From Pseudomonadota bacterium (GTDB taxonomy: Bacteria > Bdellovibrionota_B > Oligoflexia > Oligoflexales > CAIMVM01), in assembly GCA_037142195.1 (NCBI GenBank), contig JBAXBA010000069.1:1-19723 (forward strand): DNA of 19,723 bases, in the 5' to 3' direction. Both the position numbers and the translations under genes were made by a program. Below, in pieces: positions 16,565 to 19,723 of this stretch. Position 1 is the stretch's first letter, and each line of letters opens with the position of its first letter. The notes under the pieces are model-generated. The model was given only the letters and a program-made list of their open reading frames with translations, ran no database searches and was not told where the DNA came from.

Positions 16565-17832
16565 CGCGATTTATAACCCTACTAATGACTTTTTGGAGCC
16601 AACCACTTTATCTCTTCTTGCTTCCTGCGATAGGCCTTACGGGGCTGGGATCTTCTCAGGCAGAAGCGTCTGATGTGGTTTTTTGGCATACCATGAACAC
16701 GGAAGAGACTAAAACCCTGGAAGCGATCGTTAAAGATTTTGAAAAAGAAAATCCGGGAACTAAGATCAAGATCCAAAATGTTCCGTTTAGTGATGCTCAA
16801 AATAAATACAAGATCTCTGCCCAAGCCGGGAAAGCTCCTGACGTACTTAGATCGGAAATAGCATGGATCGCAGAATTTGCGAACTTGGGACTCCTGGAAG
16901 AAATCAAGCTGTCGGAAGCGGATCAAAAAGACTTTCTCAAAGTGGCTCAAAGCTATGCTTTTTGGGAAGGCAAAAATTACGGTATTCCCCAGGTGACCGA
17001 CTGTCTGGCTCTGCTTTACAACAAGCGCATCTTTCGGGAGAAAAAAGTCAGTGTCCCCTTAACCATGGAGGAGCTCGCTCAAACAGGTAAAACTCTTTCT
17101 TCTCCCAAGGAAAAAAAGTGGGCCTTATCGTTTAACCCAGCTGGTTATTGGGCTCAGGTATTTATCTGGTCTTTTGGGGGTGGGCTGATACGTGGGGAAG
17201 ACTCTTCGATTCACATTGCGGATCCGGAAAGTATCCAAGGAATTCAGTTTATGATTGACCTTATGCAGGTCTATGGGGTCAGCCCCAAAGAAATGGACTT
17301 TGTAAACGGCTATAACAATATGATGACCGGCTTTAAACAAGGCCGCTATGCCATGATCATCAATGGCCCGTGGTCGACTTCGGATGCCCTTAATGGTGAC
17401 GAATTTAAAGATCCCGAAAACCTTGGTGTAGCTATCATTCCCCGGGGACCAAAAGGAAATTTCTCGCCCGTAGGGGGACATTCTTATGTGGTCTTCAAAG
17501 GGTCCACAGTGAAACCGGAAGCGATCAAGTTTGCGAATTTTTTAAGCGAGACAAAAAATCAAATCTTGCTCGCTAAAAATCATAACTTGCTTCCCACCCG
17601 TCAATCCGCATGGAACTCCAGTGAGGTGAAAAATCTAAAATTGATTTCTGCATTTAAAAGTCAATTGGATGTCGCCACTTCGAGGCCAGTGATTCCCGAG
17701 GGTGGGGGGATTTATACAGCACTCGACCGCAGTGTGGAAGATGCACTATCGCTCAATAAAGACGCAGCAAGCGCGATGAGAAAGGTTCAAAAGCAATGGC
17801 AGAAGCTATTAAAGCACAGAAAAAACAAGTAG
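16561..17832 (+). CDS. Maltose/maltodextrin-type ABC transporter solute-binding protein (MalE-like)
   Basis: Signal peptide; FWHT, GKAPDV, LALLYNK, MIINGPW motifs; ATGA overlap with GH31. Confidence 0.92.
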   Translation: MTRFITLLMTFWSQPLYLFLLPAIGLTGLGSSQAEASDVVFWHTMNTEETKTLEAIVKDFEKENPGTKIKIQNVPFSDAQNKYKISAQAGKAPDVLRSEIAWIAEFANLGLLEEIKLSEADQKDFLKVAQSYAFWEGKNYGIPQVTDCLALLYNKRIFREKKVSVPLTMEELAQTGKTLSSPKEKKWALSFNPAGYWAQVFIWSFGGGLIRGEDSSIHIADPESIQGIQFMIDLMQVYGVSPKEMDFVNGYNNMMTGFKQGRYAMIINGPWSTSDALNGDEFKDPENLGVAIIPRGPKGNFSPVGGHSYVVFKGSTVKPEAIKFANFLSETKNQILLAKNHNLLPTRQSAWNSSEVKNLKLISAFKSQLDVATSRPVIPEGGGIYTALDRSVEDALSLNKDAASAMRKVQKQWQKLLKHRKNK

Positions 17833-18725
17833 GCCCCGCGGGCTCTGGATGGGTTGCTTGGGTCTTTTTAGCCCCCGCTATTCTCGCGATGGGACTCACA
17901 GTTTTTTATCCGTTGATAAAGGGGATTTGGTTTTCCTTTACAGATATCGATCAGTATTCCATGGGGAATGCGTTTGAGGCCCCTTCCTATCAATTCATTG
18001 GCCTTGAAAACTATAAAGAAATTCTCTTTAGCGGGGACTCGGATCTTCTTCGCGTTCTGGGTCAGACCGTATTATGGACCGTGGTCAATGTGAGTTTCCA
18101 CTTTGGTTTAGGACTGATGTTTGCTCTGCTTCTCAATCATGGATTTAAAGGCCGGAGTCTCTTTAGACTTCTGCTGATGGTGCCTTGGGCGGTACCAGCC
18201 TATGTAGCTGCGTTTTCCTGGAGGTGGATGTTCAATGGAGACTATGGTCTCTTTAATCAGATTCTTCAAAACTTTCATATGCAACCCATCAATTGGCTAT
18301 CCAAACCTTTTTGGGCCATGACTGCGGCCATTGCTACCAACGTTTGGCTTGGGTATCCCTTTATGATGGTTTCTATCCTTGCCGGCCTAAAAACCATACC
18401 TGGCGCCCTTTACGAAGCTGCCATGTTGGATGGAGCTAGCCGCTTTCAACAGTTTAGACAGATCACTCTCCCTATGCTCAGACCGGTATCGTTAAGCGTC
18501 ATCCTTCTGGGATTTGTTTGGACCTTTAATATGTTTCCCGTCATTTATCTTGTGACCAAAGGTGGCCCTTATGGAAGTACAGAAATCCTAGCCACCTACG
18601 CCTATCGAGAGGCCTTTGAGTCGTGGAACCTTGCTGAGGCAAGTACCTACGGAGTGATTATCCTCTCTATTCTGATTGTTTTGTCTTCTATTTACAGCCG
18701 CATGACCAAGGAAACACGTGTATGA
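17796..18725 (+). CDS. Carbohydrate ABC transporter permease (MalF-like)
   Basis: FIGLENY, VPWAVP, WLGYPF and EAA loop LYEAAMLDGASRFQQFRQITLP; six TMs. Confidence 0.95.
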   Translation: MAEAIKAQKKQVGPAGSGWVAWVFLAPAILAMGLTVFYPLIKGIWFSFTDIDQYSMGNAFEAPSYQFIGLENYKEILFSGDSDLLRVLGQTVLWTVVNVSFHFGLGLMFALLLNHGFKGRSLFRLLLMVPWAVPAYVAAFSWRWMFNGDYGLFNQILQNFHMQPINWLSKPFWAMTAAIATNVWLGYPFMMVSILAGLKTIPGALYEAAMLDGASRFQQFRQITLPMLRPVSLSVILLGFVWTFNMFPVIYLVTKGGPYGSTEILATYAYREAFESWNLAEASTYGVIILSILIVLSSIYSRMTKETRV

Positions 18726-19591
18726 ATAAAAACGACGAAGTATTAACGATTGTGGGAAGCGACCCCCTAGGGTTTCGTGTTTTAAAGTATATTATTTTGA
18801 TTTTGGGAAGTTTCTATGCCGTCTTTCCTCTTCTTTGGATTGTCTCTACATCGCTAAAAAGTGAGAGCGCCGTTTTTTCAGAAAAATTGGAACTTTTTCC
18901 AAGTGAACCCCGTTTTGCCAACTACTGGGATGTCATCAAAGATAACGACTACATCTTTCTAAAATGGTTTGGAAACAGCTTAATCGTAGCATTAGGTACC
19001 ACACTTGTCGGCATTTTCTTTGCGAGTACCGCGGCCTATGCTTTTTCTAGGTTTCGCTTTAAGGGAAGAGAAACCGGTTTATTTCTCTTTCTAGTTACCC
19101 AAATGTTTCCAGGCATTATTCTGGTGATCCCTCTCTATCAACTTATGGTCCGACTGGGGCTACTCAATTCTTATGTCGGATTGATCATAGCGTACTCCAC
19201 GACAGCCCTACCTTTTTGTGTGTTTATGCTGAAGGGCTATTTTGATACGGTACCTAAATCCCTAGAAGAAGCAGCCAGAATGGACGGGCTGAGTCATTTC
19301 CAGATCTTTTGGAAGATCATGATGCCCCTTTGCATTCCTGGAATTGTTGTGACGGGCTTTTTCTCCATGATCACTTCCTGGAATGAGTTTATGCTTGCTC
19401 TTACATTTATGTCTGAAGAAACCAAATATCTCTTGCCAGTAGGGCTTAAGAAATATGTATTTGACTTTAAAACCCAGTGGCAGCTGGTGTCTGCAGCGGC
19501 TGTCATGGTGACGTTTCCTGTTCTTGCCATATGGCTGAGGGTTCAAACAGCATTAATGTCAGGAAAGCTTAGTGGCTCTGTAAAAGGGTAG
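18722..19591 (+). CDS. Carbohydrate ABC transporter permease (MalG-like)
   Basis: AAYAFSRFRFKGR, QMFP, EAA loop LEEAARMDG, C-terminal GSVKG; ATGA overlap. Confidence 0.95.
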   Translation: MNKNDEVLTIVGSDPLGFRVLKYIILILGSFYAVFPLLWIVSTSLKSESAVFSEKLELFPSEPRFANYWDVIKDNDYIFLKWFGNSLIVALGTTLVGIFFASTAAYAFSRFRFKGRETGLFLFLVTQMFPGIILVIPLYQLMVRLGLLNSYVGLIIAYSTTALPFCVFMLKGYFDTVPKSLEEAARMDGLSHFQIFWKIMMPLCIPGIVVTGFFSMITSWNEFMLALTFMSEETKYLLPVGLKKYVFDFKTQWQLVSAAAVMVTFPVLAIWLRVQTALMSGKLSGSVKG

Positions 19592-19592
19592 G

Positions 19593-19639
19593 GCTTTGGG
19601 AGCATGAGGTCGTAGGTTCGAGTCCTATCGCCCCGACCA
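19593..19639 (+). pseudogene. 3' half of tRNA-Pro(TGG), probable integrase att site
   Basis: Anticodon loop TTTGGGA (19595-19601), GCATG, variable loop AGGTC, T-arm GTAGG-TTCGAGT-CCTAT, acceptor 3' strand CGCCCCG-A-CCA. The 5' acceptor strand (CGGGGCG), D-arm and most of the 5' anticodon stem are absent, replaced by permease coding sequence. Confidence 0.9.
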
Positions 19640-19723
19640 TTTTTCCTTATAAAAATCAAATACATCCACTAAAGAGGGAATTTAAAAACTCAGAATAAAT
19701 AATGATTTATCACTCTTTTGAGT

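Noticed and set aside
73..19546. Remaining short ORFs in the track (e.g. 73-282, 2804-2995, 7627-7980, 11915-12292, 16582-16950)
   Set aside because: Mostly antisense or out-of-frame shadows of well-supported genes, without RBS or motifs. No CRISPR array or rRNA was seen anywhere in the window.
19560..19639. Intact tRNA-Pro gene overlapping the permease
   Set aside because: Upstream sequence cannot form the acceptor stem or D-arm, and only 2 of 5 anticodon-stem pairs are present.

Overview
Bacterial chromosomal window, probably Bdellovibrionota/Oligoflexia-like (inferred from gene content and style, not verified). The left edge holds nested mobile DNA that the ORF track misses. The 3' end of a group II intron (domain V 3' half plus domain VI, 1-53) is followed by an exon that reads as the C-terminus of an IS5/IS4-type DDE transposase and a probable IS right end (~275-279). 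Next come a secreted alpha/beta-hydrolase, a Cys-rich lipoprotein, a secreted two-domain hypothetical protein and a fatty-acid desaturase. The middle holds a stand-alone motA-motB stator pair co-oriented with a lipoprotein and a MatC/SLC13-like permease. On the opposite strand are flbD coupled to an exported SRPBCC protein, and a membrane-anchored tandem pseudo-receiver/PilZ-like protein with a sigma28-like promoter. The right part is a starch/maltodextrin locus (exported GH13, GH31, MalE/F/G-type ABC components, no ATPase in view), which ends 1 nt before a 47-bp 3' half of tRNA-Pro(TGG), a likely att site. No clearly novel system is proven. The best leads are the intron-in-IS, the tRNA half, and the atypical motility-accessory neighbourhood.
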